Origin: Holophagales bacterium
GTDB taxonomy: Bacteria > Acidobacteriota > Thermoanaerobaculia > Multivoradales > Multivoraceae
NCBI GenBank assembly: GCA_009837085.1
Contig: VXUF01000077.1
Span: 85,144-149,143 of the forward strand
Direction: 5' to 3'
DNA length: 64,000 bases
In this document: positions 55,973-64,000 of the stretch, in pieces
Layout: every line of letters starts with the position of its first letter
Numbering within the stretch: position 1 is the stretch's first letter
The notes under the pieces: generated by a model
Databases searched by the model: none
Seen by the model: the letters and a program-made list of their open reading frames with translations, nothing else
What the model was told of the DNA's origin: nothing
Program-made: the position numbers and the translations under genes

Positions 55973-58105
55973 ATGACTGACGAAACGAAGCGGAACCCGG
56001 ATGCCGGCGGGGACGCCGGCGCACCCAGTCGCTCGCGGGGGATGACCCTGGCGCAGGGGCGGACGGTGACCCTGGTCCTGATCGGGCTGATGACCGTGCT
56101 GTCGATCCACGTCGCAAACGAGTGGTTCGAGGGCTTTCGTGTCGACCTGACGGGCGACGATCTCTATTCCCTGACCGACGGATCCCACGCCATCCTCGAC
56201 CGGATGCAGGAAGAGGGGGTCAAGCCGCTTGACATCCGGCTCTACTTCTCCGAGACCACGGGCAAGACGCTGCCGAAGTTCGTCAAGGACTTCATCGGAT
56301 ACGAGCGCTACCTCCGCAGCCTGCTCGGCGAGTATGAGAGGGCGGCGGCGGGGAAGATCCAGGTCGAGTGGATCGATCCGATTCCGGACAGCGACGCCGC
56401 CGACCGGGCCGCCGAGGACGGCCTCGACGGCAAGCTGATCAACCAGAACGGCGACCTCTTCTACTTCGGCGTCGCCTTCGAAACCCAGACGGGCAGCCGG
56501 GAGACGATCGAGTTCCTGTGGCCGCAGGAGCAGGAGAACATCGAGTACGAGATCTCGAAGAAGATCCACGGCCTGCTCTGGCCGACGCGCCAGCGGGTCG
56601 GAGTCCTCTCGAGCCTCGAGGTGTTCGGCGGCGCCCAGGATCCGATCATGGCCCAGATGCTGGCCGCCCAGGGACGGACCCCCTCGCAGAAGTGGATCCT
56701 GGTCCAGGTTCTGGAAGACCTGTACGACGTCTCCCAGGTTTCGGCCGACGTTGACGAGATCCCCGGCGAGGACTACGACCTGCTCGTCGTGATCCACCCC
56801 AAGGCGCTGCCGGACAAGACGGTCTTCGCGATCGACCAGTGGGTGGCCGGTGGCGGCAACACGCTGCTCTTCCTGGATCCCTATGCCCTGGGTGACACGC
56901 CGCCCCAGAACCCCCAGCAACCCTGGGCGGCGCTCCAGTACCAGCCGGCCTCGAACCTCGCGCCGTTGCTCGATGCCTGGGGCCTGGAGCTCCTGGACAA
57001 CGAGTTCGCGGCCGACTTCGAACTGGCGGCCCGGCGGCCGATGAGTCCGTTCGGCGCGTCGGAGTCGGTGATCATCGACCTGGTGGTCGACTCCACGCAG
57101 CACGACGATGTGCTGGACGCGGAGAGTCCGATGCTGCGGGGCCTGTCCGAGCTGCGCTTCTTCCTGTCCGGAGTGCTGCGCGAGAGCCATGAGGAAGCCG
57201 CCGCGGAGGCTGGCGCCGGGGAAGGGGACGACGCGGTGGAGGTCGCCGAGGAGGCCGGGGGCGTAGAGCTTCGTCCCCTGATCTCGACCACGGCCGCGGG
57301 CAACACCCTCGAGGTGCTGCCCGGCTTCGGCGGCGGCGATGGCCTCGCCTACACGGACCTGAACGACGGGGCCAAGCTCCGCGACGCCTTCACGCCGGGT
57401 GAAGAGCCCCTGGTCCTTGCATACGTCGTGCGCGGCAAGCTCCCGACCGCCTTCCCGAATGGCGTGGACTATCCCGACAGGGAGGCGGTGCGGCCGCCGA
57501 ACCTGCCGCCCGAGATCGAGGTTCCGCCACCCGACGACGTAGAGATCATCCACCGCGATCCGCTGCCCGAGGAGGAGCGGGAAGAGGCGGCGGTGGTCGT
57601 GTTCGCCGACGTCGACTTCGTCCACGACCAGATCGCCTTCCTGCAGAACCCGTTCGGGATCGTCCAGGCCCAGAACGACAACCACAAGGTCGTCCTCAAC
57701 AGCATCGACTACCTGCTCGGCTCCCAGGACCTGATGGCGGTCCGAGCGAAGAGCGGCATGAGCCGGCCGTTTCTCCGTTTCGACGAGATCGAAGCCCAGG
57801 CGGAACTCGACACGCTCGACCGCGAGCGGCAGATCCGTGAAGAGATCGAGAGCTTCCAGGAGGAGCTGCGGGAGAAGCAGGGCGAGATCACCCAGCGCAA
57901 CGCGGCTCTGTTCGAGCGGAAGCTGCAGGACGAGGTCGACGAGTTGAACGAGAGGATCCTGGAGGCGAACCGGGAGCTCAGGGACATCCGCAAGGGCCGG
58001 CGCGAGGCGCTGGAGCGTGAAGAATCGGCGGTGCGGTTCGCGGTGATCGGGTGGATGCCGATCGTCGTGCTGCTGGTCGGCCTGTACCGGGCCCGCCGGC
58101 GCTGA
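55973..58105 (+). CDS. GldG-like ABC-transporter auxiliary protein
   Basis: 710 aa. It has an N-terminal TM helix, a large periplasmic domain, a C-terminal coiled coil and a C-terminal TM helix ('VIGWMPIVVLLVGLY'). Its position after the GldA/F-like genes supports the call. Confidence 0.7.
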   Translation: MTDETKRNPDAGGDAGAPSRSRGMTLAQGRTVTLVLIGLMTVLSIHVANEWFEGFRVDLTGDDLYSLTDGSHAILDRMQEEGVKPLDIRLYFSETTGKTLPKFVKDFIGYERYLRSLLGEYERAAAGKIQVEWIDPIPDSDAADRAAEDGLDGKLINQNGDLFYFGVAFETQTGSRETIEFLWPQEQENIEYEISKKIHGLLWPTRQRVGVLSSLEVFGGAQDPIMAQMLAAQGRTPSQKWILVQVLEDLYDVSQVSADVDEIPGEDYDLLVVIHPKALPDKTVFAIDQWVAGGGNTLLFLDPYALGDTPPQNPQQPWAALQYQPASNLAPLLDAWGLELLDNEFAADFELAARRPMSPFGASESVIIDLVVDSTQHDDVLDAESPMLRGLSELRFFLSGVLRESHEEAAAEAGAGEGDDAVEVAEEAGGVELRPLISTTAAGNTLEVLPGFGGGDGLAYTDLNDGAKLRDAFTPGEEPLVLAYVVRGKLPTAFPNGVDYPDREAVRPPNLPPEIEVPPPDDVEIIHRDPLPEEEREEAAVVVFADVDFVHDQIAFLQNPFGIVQAQNDNHKVVLNSIDYLLGSQDLMAVRAKSGMSRPFLRFDEIEAQAELDTLDRERQIREEIESFQEELREKQGEITQRNAALFERKLQDEVDELNERILEANRELRDIRKGRREALEREESAVRFAVIGWMPIVVLLVGLYRARRR

Positions 58106-58127
58106 GGATCCAAGGGAGTCAACCGGC

Positions 58128-59186
58128 ATGAACCAGATGAACCAGCGACTGACGGTGGCGGCGGCGGTGCTGCTCGCCCTGTCCGTCTTCAGCTACTGGA
58201 ACAGCGTGTCGCGCGCGGAGCGTTTCGAGAGCGGCCAGAAGTTTCTGCCCAACCTGAACCCGGACGAGATCGCGCAGGTAGCTGTGATCCAGGGCGGCGA
58301 GCAGGTGACGCTGACCCGGGACGGCGACCGTTACGTCGTCGAGGAGGCGCACGACTACCAGGCCAGGAACGAGGGAGTGAACCGGCTGGTGCGCAACCTG
58401 CTCGACATCGAGCTGGCCAAGGAGGTCGGTTCCGGCGAGAGCCTCGCCGCCGAACTTGGCATCGAACCTCCGGGTGAGGACACGGTCGAGGTGGCCCTCA
58501 GGAACGCGGCCGGCAGCGACATGGTCCGGTTGCGGGTAGGCGACCGGTTCGCCGAGGGCAGCGGCAACTACGTGCAACGCCTCGATGGCGAGAACAACCC
58601 CATCTACCTGACCGAGGCGACCGTGCTGATCGACAGCGCCGCCGACCAGTTCCTGCTGAAGGAGATCGTCGACGTCGCTTCTGGCGACGTGGTGCGCATC
58701 GAGGGTCCCGACTTCACGTTCAGCAAGGATGGCGAAGAAGGAGCGGAACTCGCGCTCGAGCGGGTGCCGTCCGGCCGGCGTGAGAAGGCGAGCGAGGCCG
58801 GCCGGGTCAAGAACTTCCTGTCCCGTCTGCGGTTCTCAGAGGTCCACCTCGCCGACGCCGAGGAAGTGGCCGATCTCTCCTTCGACAACGAGTTCAGGTA
58901 CGAGCTGGCGGACGGTTCCGGCTACCTCGTCGCGGTCGCCGCGCGAGACGACGATCGCTACATCCGCATCGGCGGCTACCACACGGTGGAGCAGGTGGAG
59001 ATCGAGCGCGACACGCCCGAGGAGGAACTCCAGGAGAAGGCGGACATCCTGAACCGGGCGGAGGAGATGCAGGAGTTCAACGAGTACCACGGCTCCTGGG
59101 TCTACAAGCTGGACAGCTTCACGGGCGAGAAGCTGGACCTCCGGCGCACCGACCTGATCGAAGACGAAGACGACGAAGACACCTGA
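58128..59186 (+). CDS. DUF4340-like periplasmic protein with acidic tail
   Basis: It has an N-terminal TM helix, and it sits in the canonical position after gldG-like genes. It has repeated beta-rich modules and the C-terminal tail 'EDEDDEDT'. Confidence 0.6.
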   Translation: MNQMNQRLTVAAAVLLALSVFSYWNSVSRAERFESGQKFLPNLNPDEIAQVAVIQGGEQVTLTRDGDRYVVEEAHDYQARNEGVNRLVRNLLDIELAKEVGSGESLAAELGIEPPGEDTVEVALRNAAGSDMVRLRVGDRFAEGSGNYVQRLDGENNPIYLTEATVLIDSAADQFLLKEIVDVASGDVVRIEGPDFTFSKDGEEGAELALERVPSGRREKASEAGRVKNFLSRLRFSEVHLADAEEVADLSFDNEFRYELADGSGYLVAVAARDDDRYIRIGGYHTVEQVEIERDTPEEELQEKADILNRAEEMQEFNEYHGSWVYKLDSFTGEKLDLRRTDLIEDEDDEDT

Positions 59187-59195
59187 GGAGATCGA

Positions 59196-59567
59196 TTGAT
59201 GATTGGTTACTGCACGATTGGCGTGAACGACATGGAGCGGGCGACGGCCTTCTACGATTCGCTGCTCGGCGAGCTGGGCGCGAAGACCATGTTCGACATG
59301 GGTCGGATCAAGGGCTACGGCGTCGGACCGGGACAGCCGATGCTCGCCATCTGCATCCCCTACAACGAGGAGCCACAGGTGCCCGGGAACGGGAACATGG
59401 TGGCGATCCCGGCGGCTTCGCAGGAGCAGGTCGACCAGCTTTACGCCAGGGCGCTCGAACTGGGCGGCACGGACGAGGGCGCGCCCGGAACGCGCGTGGC
59501 CACGTTCTACGGCGGCTACGTTCGGGATCTCGACGGCAACAAGCTCTGTTTCTTCAACATGGGCTGA
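59196..59567 (+). CDS. VOC (glyoxalase/bleomycin-resistance) family protein
   Basis: 123 aa. It contains 'IGVNDMERATAFYDSLLGELG' and 'YVRDLDGNKL'. Confidence 0.8.
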   Translation: MMIGYCTIGVNDMERATAFYDSLLGELGAKTMFDMGRIKGYGVGPGQPMLAICIPYNEEPQVPGNGNMVAIPAASQEQVDQLYARALELGGTDEGAPGTRVATFYGGYVRDLDGNKLCFFNMG

Positions 59568-59596
59568 GGCGACTGAGAGGTCTTCTCTCCTCGCAG

Positions 59597-59626
59597 TTGA
59601 CTTTTCGTGGAGACGAAAAATATGAT
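59597..59626 (+). promoter_or_regulatory. Candidate sigma70-type promoter directly abutting the TonB-receptor start codon
   Basis: This is an AT-rich island in GC-rich DNA. It reads TTGACT (59597-602), an 18-nt spacer, then TATGAT (59621-26). The ATG lies at 59635 and no SD lies between them. The spacer also forms the hairpin ttttcgt-ggag-acgaaaa. Confidence 0.35.
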
Positions 59627-59634
59627 TCGCCTCC

Positions 59635-61938
59635 ATGGAAACGTCGAGGAGAGAGCGCGGGAGGCCAAGCGCAACAACCGCGGCAGCCACTAGCCTGTGG
59701 GCGATCGTGGCGGCGCTGGTCGCGACTTCGGTCAGCGCCGTCGACTGTCCAGCGGATGCCGGCCTGCACGGCACGGTGCGCTCCCTTTCCGGGAAACCGG
59801 TGGCCGACGCCGCGGTAACTCTGACCACCTCCGCTCGGACCGTGGCAACCGGAGAGGACGGGCGATTCTGCCTTTTCCAGGTGGAACCGGGGGTGCACCG
59901 GCTGGTCGTCTTCGCGGACGGCTACGGCGTCGCTGAGCAGGAGTTCCTGGTCGGGGGCCAGAGCGCGGCCCAGGTCGAGATTCGGCTCCGCGCCGCGTTT
60001 GGCGAGGAGGTGGTGATCAGTGCGACGAGGACGGGAAAGCGCCTCGCCGATGTGCCGCTCCACGTGCAGACGGTGCGGCGTTCCCAGATCGAGGGCGTCG
60101 TCGCGCGCACACTGGCCGATGCCGTGGAGTGGACACGAGGCGTGCGCGTCGAGTCGAACTGCCAGAGTTGCAACACCTCCCAGATCCGGTTGCTCGGTCT
60201 CGAGGGCCCGTACTCCCAGGTTCTGGTCGATGGCCAGCCGACCGTGTCGTCTCTCGCGATGGTCTATGGCATCGAGCAGTTGCCGGCGCGGCTGATCGAC
60301 TCGATCGAAGTCGTCCGGGGCGGCGGTTCGCCGGCCTACGGAGCGGGGGCGGTGGCCGGCGTGATCAACCTGATTCCGCACCATCCCGACCACACCCACG
60401 TCGAGGTGAGCGCACGCTCGAGCCGGATGGGCGGTGCCGGCGGCGCGGCGCGGAGCCCCTCGTACAGCCTGGTCGCCGACCTGATTCCCGGTTCGTCACG
60501 GGCGGCGACGTTCTACGGCCAGGTTGACCGGGAGGCGCCGGTCGATGTCGACGGTGACGGCTTCACCGACGTCTCGATCCGGGACCTGGATGCTCTCGGA
60601 GCGCGCTACCACGAGTTTCTCTTCGACGGTGCGGCGCGGCTCGCGGTGGACGTAAGCTACGTCAGCGAGTTTCGGCGCGGCGGCGATCAACTGCACCTGC
60701 CGGCCCAGCACGCTCAGGTCGCCGAGCAGCTTGACTCCCACAGGAAAGGCGTCACGGCCTCCTGGCTTCAGACCGTGACGCCGCGATGGGACTGGCGGGC
60801 GACCGTGTCCCATGCGGCCGCCGAGCGCGACAGCTACTACGGGGTGGGCGGCGACTCGAGCGCCTTCGGGATGACCCGCAATCCGCTCTGGATCTTCGAC
60901 GCCCACGTCGACCGCGGCGGCGAGCGGGGTACGCTGAGTTTCGGCCTGCAGGCTTCAGACGACGTCATCGACGATCGCCAGCCGGCGTACGGACGGATCA
61001 TCCGTGAGGGCTACCGCTCGACCGCGGCCTTCGTTCAGGACGACCGGAAGGTCGCCGACGGCGTGACCCTGCTGTACGGGCTGCGGGTGGACCGCCACAG
61101 CGCGGTCGACGGATCGATCGTCTCGCCGCGAGCGGCCCTGATGTGGACGCCGCGCAGCGACCTGACGCTGCGCGTTTCCCACAGCGCCGGCTTCCGCCCA
61201 CCCGCGGTGTTCGACGAGCAGCTCCACATCGCTCTGCTCGGCGGCGAGGCGATGGTCGTGCGGGACGAGCCTGGCCTGCGGGAGGAGACGTCCGTTTCGC
61301 GCATGCTGAGCGTCGAGTGGAGGCCGCTGGTCGGCGAGCGCACGGCCATGGCGTTCGATTCGACCTTCTTCGATACCACCATCGCCGATCTGTTCCACAA
61401 CCGCGAGGCGGACGATCCGGCGACCCCGGAACTCGAGTTCACGCGCACGAACTTCGGTCGTGCCCGAGTCGCCGGCGTGGAGGTTGGTTGGAGCCTGAGG
61501 CGCGGCCGTCTGGCCGTGGACGCGGGCTACGGATGGCAGCGGGCGGAGTTCGGCCATCCCGAACCGGACTTCGGCAGCACCCGCATGTTCCGAACCCCCG
61601 AACGCTACGGCACGGCGAGCGTGCGATGGCCGCTATCGGGTGGGCTCGATCTGTTCGCGGGCCTTCGCTACACGGGACAGATGGCGGCGCCGCACTACGC
61701 CGGCTACATCGCCGAGGATCGACTTGAGCTCACGCCGGGCTTTCTTGCTGTCGACGTTGGCGTGTCCCGGAGGTTCGTGCTCCGCGGGGACCGCAGCATC
61801 GTTGGCATGTTCGCGCTCAAGAACCTGACCGACGAGTACCAGCAGGACCTGGACCGGGGGCCGCTGCGGGATGCCGGCTACGTCTACGGACCGAGGTTCC
61901 CGCGCAGCGTGGTCGTCGGCGTCAAGGTGGACCTGTAG
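59635..61938 (+). CDS. TonB-dependent outer-membrane receptor with N-terminal carboxypeptidase-regulatory-like domain
   Basis: It has a signal peptide and 'GTVRSLSGKPVADAAVTL...TGEDGRFCLFQVEPGVHRLVV' (CarboxypepD_reg). The plug region is 'IEVVRGGGSPAYGAGAVAGVINLI'. The C-terminal barrel ends '...VVVGVKVDL'. Confidence 0.85.
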   Translation: METSRRERGRPSATTAAATSLWAIVAALVATSVSAVDCPADAGLHGTVRSLSGKPVADAAVTLTTSARTVATGEDGRFCLFQVEPGVHRLVVFADGYGVAEQEFLVGGQSAAQVEIRLRAAFGEEVVISATRTGKRLADVPLHVQTVRRSQIEGVVARTLADAVEWTRGVRVESNCQSCNTSQIRLLGLEGPYSQVLVDGQPTVSSLAMVYGIEQLPARLIDSIEVVRGGGSPAYGAGAVAGVINLIPHHPDHTHVEVSARSSRMGGAGGAARSPSYSLVADLIPGSSRAATFYGQVDREAPVDVDGDGFTDVSIRDLDALGARYHEFLFDGAARLAVDVSYVSEFRRGGDQLHLPAQHAQVAEQLDSHRKGVTASWLQTVTPRWDWRATVSHAAAERDSYYGVGGDSSAFGMTRNPLWIFDAHVDRGGERGTLSFGLQASDDVIDDRQPAYGRIIREGYRSTAAFVQDDRKVADGVTLLYGLRVDRHSAVDGSIVSPRAALMWTPRSDLTLRVSHSAGFRPPAVFDEQLHIALLGGEAMVVRDEPGLREETSVSRMLSVEWRPLVGERTAMAFDSTFFDTTIADLFHNREADDPATPELEFTRTNFGRARVAGVEVGWSLRRGRLAVDAGYGWQRAEFGHPEPDFGSTRMFRTPERYGTASVRWPLSGGLDLFAGLRYTGQMAAPHYAGYIAEDRLELTPGFLAVDVGVSRRFVLRGDRSIVGMFALKNLTDEYQQDLDRGPLRDAGYVYGPRFPRSVVVGVKVDL

Positions 61939-61940
61939 CC

Positions 61941-62510
61941 GTGCGGAGACTCGTGTCTTCTCCGAGGTCGATCCTGGCGGCGCTGCTGACGCTGACATTG
62001 TGCGCGCCGGCAGGGGTCGCTTCGGATGAGGGACCCGCGCCGGCGAGGGCGGACAGGCCGGAGTTTCCGGCGAGTCACGGCGCCCGGCTTGCGGATGTGT
62101 GGGCCGATCTGGCCGCGCGAGACCTCAATGGCCGGGTATGGACCGCCGCCGACTTCGAGGGTCGCGTCGTCCTGCTCGAGTTCTGGGCGACCTGGTGCGC
62201 TCCCTGCCTCGCTGACTTCCCCCATCTCGAACGGGCGCGGGCCGGCTACGGCGATCGAGACCTCGTGATCCTCGCCATTTCCCTCGACCGCTCGGGGCGT
62301 GACGATCTGCGGAGCTTCAGGCTCCGGCAGGCCATGACGTGGCCCGTCCTCTTCGACGGACTGGGCGCTGCCGGGGCGGTGGCCCGCCGCTTCCAGGTGG
62401 AGTATCCGCCACGGTCCCTGCTGTTCGACCGCCGCGGACGATTGGTGGCAGTCGACGGCCGCGGATCGACACTCGACGCGGCGCTGAGAGTCCTCTTCGC
62501 TTCGGAGTGA
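61941..62510 (+). CDS. TlpA-like periplasmic thiol:disulfide oxidoreductase
   Basis: It has a signal/lipobox-like 'LTLTLCAPAG' and the redox motif 'EFWATWCAPC'. Its GTG lies 2 nt after the receptor stop. Confidence 0.85.
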   Translation: MRRLVSSPRSILAALLTLTLCAPAGVASDEGPAPARADRPEFPASHGARLADVWADLAARDLNGRVWTAADFEGRVVLLEFWATWCAPCLADFPHLERARAGYGDRDLVILAISLDRSGRDDLRSFRLRQAMTWPVLFDGLGAAGAVARRFQVEYPPRSLLFDRRGRLVAVDGRGSTLDAALRVLFASE

Positions 62511-62545
62511 CGTTCGCGCCGGATGGACTGCTACGCTGACCACCC

Positions 62546-63895
62546 GTGTCCGGCGTGGCTGTTCTCCTGCTGACCGCGATAGCGGCGGTGGTCCCGGGCC
62601 ATACGGTTCCAGCTCAGCTCGACCCGGTATCGAGCGATCCGGTCGCGGCTCTGGCGGAGGCACGCGCTGCTGTCGAGCGGGCGCCCTCCGAGTTCGAGCC
62701 GACGTTGGCGCTGGCCCGGGTGCTTGCCACCCTCGGGCGCACCGGCGATGCCCTCGCGGCGTTCTCCCGTGCTCGAGAGCTTGCGCCGGCCGGAGCGGGA
62801 GGCGACGTCGTCGCGTCGGCCTATCTCGCGCCCGCGTTGTTGCTGCGTGACCTCGACCGTACTGGCGACGCGATCCAGCTGCTCGAGAAGGGTGCGGACG
62901 AGCGGATCGGCAGTGCCGACATCTATGAGCAACTCGCCTTGCTTCGGCTGGCGGATGGCCTCGTGGATGGGGCGCTGGCCGCGGTCGACGCGGCCGTGGC
63001 GGAGAATCTCGCAAGCCCCGGACTAGACCTCGCCCGCGGGCTGGCGCTGGCGCGCCATGGGGACCGTCGCGGTGAGGCCCTGGGCTATCTGAGGCGCGCG
63101 CTGAATGACGGCGTGGGGGATCCGGTAGTGATCCGACTGGAGGCGGCCGGGATCCTGTCGGCCGATGGTCGCCATCAAGAGGCGATCGAGCACCTGCGCG
63201 CCGCGGAGGAAACCGCGCCGGACGAACCGGAGGTGTTCTACCGCCTCGGACGCACCCTCGCCGCGGCTGGCGACCGGGAAGCCGCACAGGCCGCTCTCGA
63301 GCGGCACCGGTCGCTGCAAGGAGTCCTGGAGCGCGCTGCCGAGATCGAGCAGGCGGCGTCCGCCGACCTGGCAGCCACCTTGTCCGAGGCGCAGCGGTTG
63401 GCCGAGGCAGGCGATCTCGAAGCCGCACTCGAACGCCTCGCCGGTCTGCGGGGGCGTCGGGACGTTTCGCGACCCGCGGACGTTCACTCCTTGCGGGCCA
63501 AGGTGCTGTTCTCCATGGGTCGGGTCGCCGAGGCGGCAGCCAGCATCGCCGAGGCGCGGCGGCTCGAGCCGAAGCGGGTCGAGCACCACTACCTGGAGGG
63601 GATGTTCCTGCACACGGGCGGGCGCTCCGAGGACGCCGCCGCCGCGCTCGAACGCGCCCTGGCGCTCGATCCCGGTCTCGGCGAGGCCCACGCACTCCTT
63701 GGCTTGATCGCCGCGGAGGCCAGCCGCTTCGCGGAGGCCGCCGAGCGGATGGAGCGGGCGCTTCAACTCGGGCTCGACAACAATGCGCCGCTTCGTTTCA
63801 ACTACGCCCGGGTACTCGAGGCCCTCGGTCGCAGTGAAAAGGCCAAGGCCCAGATGGAGGCACTCGAGCGTCTGAGACGGCGGCCGCCCCAGTAA
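62546..63895 (+). CDS. Secreted tetratricopeptide-repeat protein
   Basis: It has a signal peptide followed by multiple 34-aa A/L/G/Y-patterned repeats (e.g. 'YRLGRTLAAAGDREAAQAALERH', 'LGLIAAEASRFAEAAERMERAL'). Confidence 0.8.
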   Translation: MSGVAVLLLTAIAAVVPGHTVPAQLDPVSSDPVAALAEARAAVERAPSEFEPTLALARVLATLGRTGDALAAFSRARELAPAGAGGDVVASAYLAPALLLRDLDRTGDAIQLLEKGADERIGSADIYEQLALLRLADGLVDGALAAVDAAVAENLASPGLDLARGLALARHGDRRGEALGYLRRALNDGVGDPVVIRLEAAGILSADGRHQEAIEHLRAAEETAPDEPEVFYRLGRTLAAAGDREAAQAALERHRSLQGVLERAAEIEQAASADLAATLSEAQRLAEAGDLEAALERLAGLRGRRDVSRPADVHSLRAKVLFSMGRVAEAAASIAEARRLEPKRVEHHYLEGMFLHTGGRSEDAAAALERALALDPGLGEAHALLGLIAAEASRFAEAAERMERALQLGLDNNAPLRFNYARVLEALGRSEKAKAQMEALERLRRRPPQ

Positions 63896-63916
63896 CGCCG
63901 GTTGCCGGCAAGGCGG

Positions 63917-64000
63917 CTACGTTGGTCGACCGAGGAGTGGATTGGCCACGCGAAGATCCCCGAACTTCTGACCATCTTGCAAGTCCTCGGTCAAGAGCAC
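63917..64000 (-). CDS. C-terminal fragment of a second PIN-domain (VapC-like) toxin, truncated by window edge
   Basis: The reverse strand reads '...VLLTEDLQDGQKFGDLRVANPLLGRPT*', with the stop at 63917-63919. This resembles the common VapC C-terminus ('..SEDxQxGQ....v.v.NPf'). It is not in the ORF track because it is partial. Confidence 0.45.
   Translation of the reverse strand: MLLTEDLQDGQKFGDLRVANPLLGRPT

Noticed and set aside
54929-58129. Very long antisense or alternate-frame ORFs. Examples are the 1066-aa ORF here, and also 61884..63695, 42329..44029, 20821..22971, 1110..2411, 30903..32513 and 18045..19439.
   Set aside because: Their translations are dominated by Arg, Pro, Gly and Ala runs with no recognisable motifs. 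Each lies opposite or out of frame to a gene with clear family signatures. This is the expected stop-codon-poor artefact of very GC-rich DNA.

Overview
This is a very GC-rich bacterial chromosomal segment. Outer-membrane, TonB and lipoprotein signals indicate a diderm, but I cannot assign a lineage without a database search. It is densely coding, with about 55 real genes. Many long alternate-frame or antisense ORFs in the track are Arg/Pro/Gly-rich GC artefacts.

I found no rRNA, tRNA, CRISPR array, integrase or transposase. Gene content by region:
- **1-3 kb:** convergent gltX (5'-truncated) and glnS.
- **3-6.3 kb:** a histidine kinase/OmpR-type regulator pair divergent from an LTXXQ (Spy/CpxP-like) periplasmic protein.
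- **6-16.5 kb:** housekeeping and repair genes (mpg, pheA, lhgO, two Zn-ADH paralogues), a prolyl oligopeptidase coupled to a hotdog thioesterase, and a vapBC toxin-antitoxin pair.
- **16.5-30 kb:** a DEAD-box helicase with an N-terminal CxxC-x17-CxxC zinc ribbon, MscS, pruA, an FprA-like reductase, an unusual secreted repeat and beta-barrel protein, rocD coupled to two PH-domain membrane proteins, fpg/nei, tatD and an M23 peptidase.
- **30.5-44.2 kb:** a 13-gene co-directional, translationally coupled block. Its order is amidase, secreted hypothetical, GbsR/MarR-like regulator, polyprenyl synthase, ubiE/menG, menF, menD, menH, menB, menA, menE, then an uncharacterised ATP-grasp-like gene.
- **44.2-54 kb:** apaH, an S12 serine hydrolase, a 961-aa TolB-propeller/M28/PDZ fusion, a frameshifted Na+/solute symporter and an M14 carboxypeptidase.
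- **54-64 kb:** a GldA/F/G-like ABC system with a DUF4340 gene, a VOC protein, a TonB-dependent receptor/TlpA/TPR trio, and a partial PIN gene at the window edge.

The main hunt results are:
- The ATP-grasp-like gene fused into a men operon that has no menC.
- The repeat and barrel outer-membrane protein.
- A 37-bp duplication of the pruA 3' end.
- The symporter frameshift.
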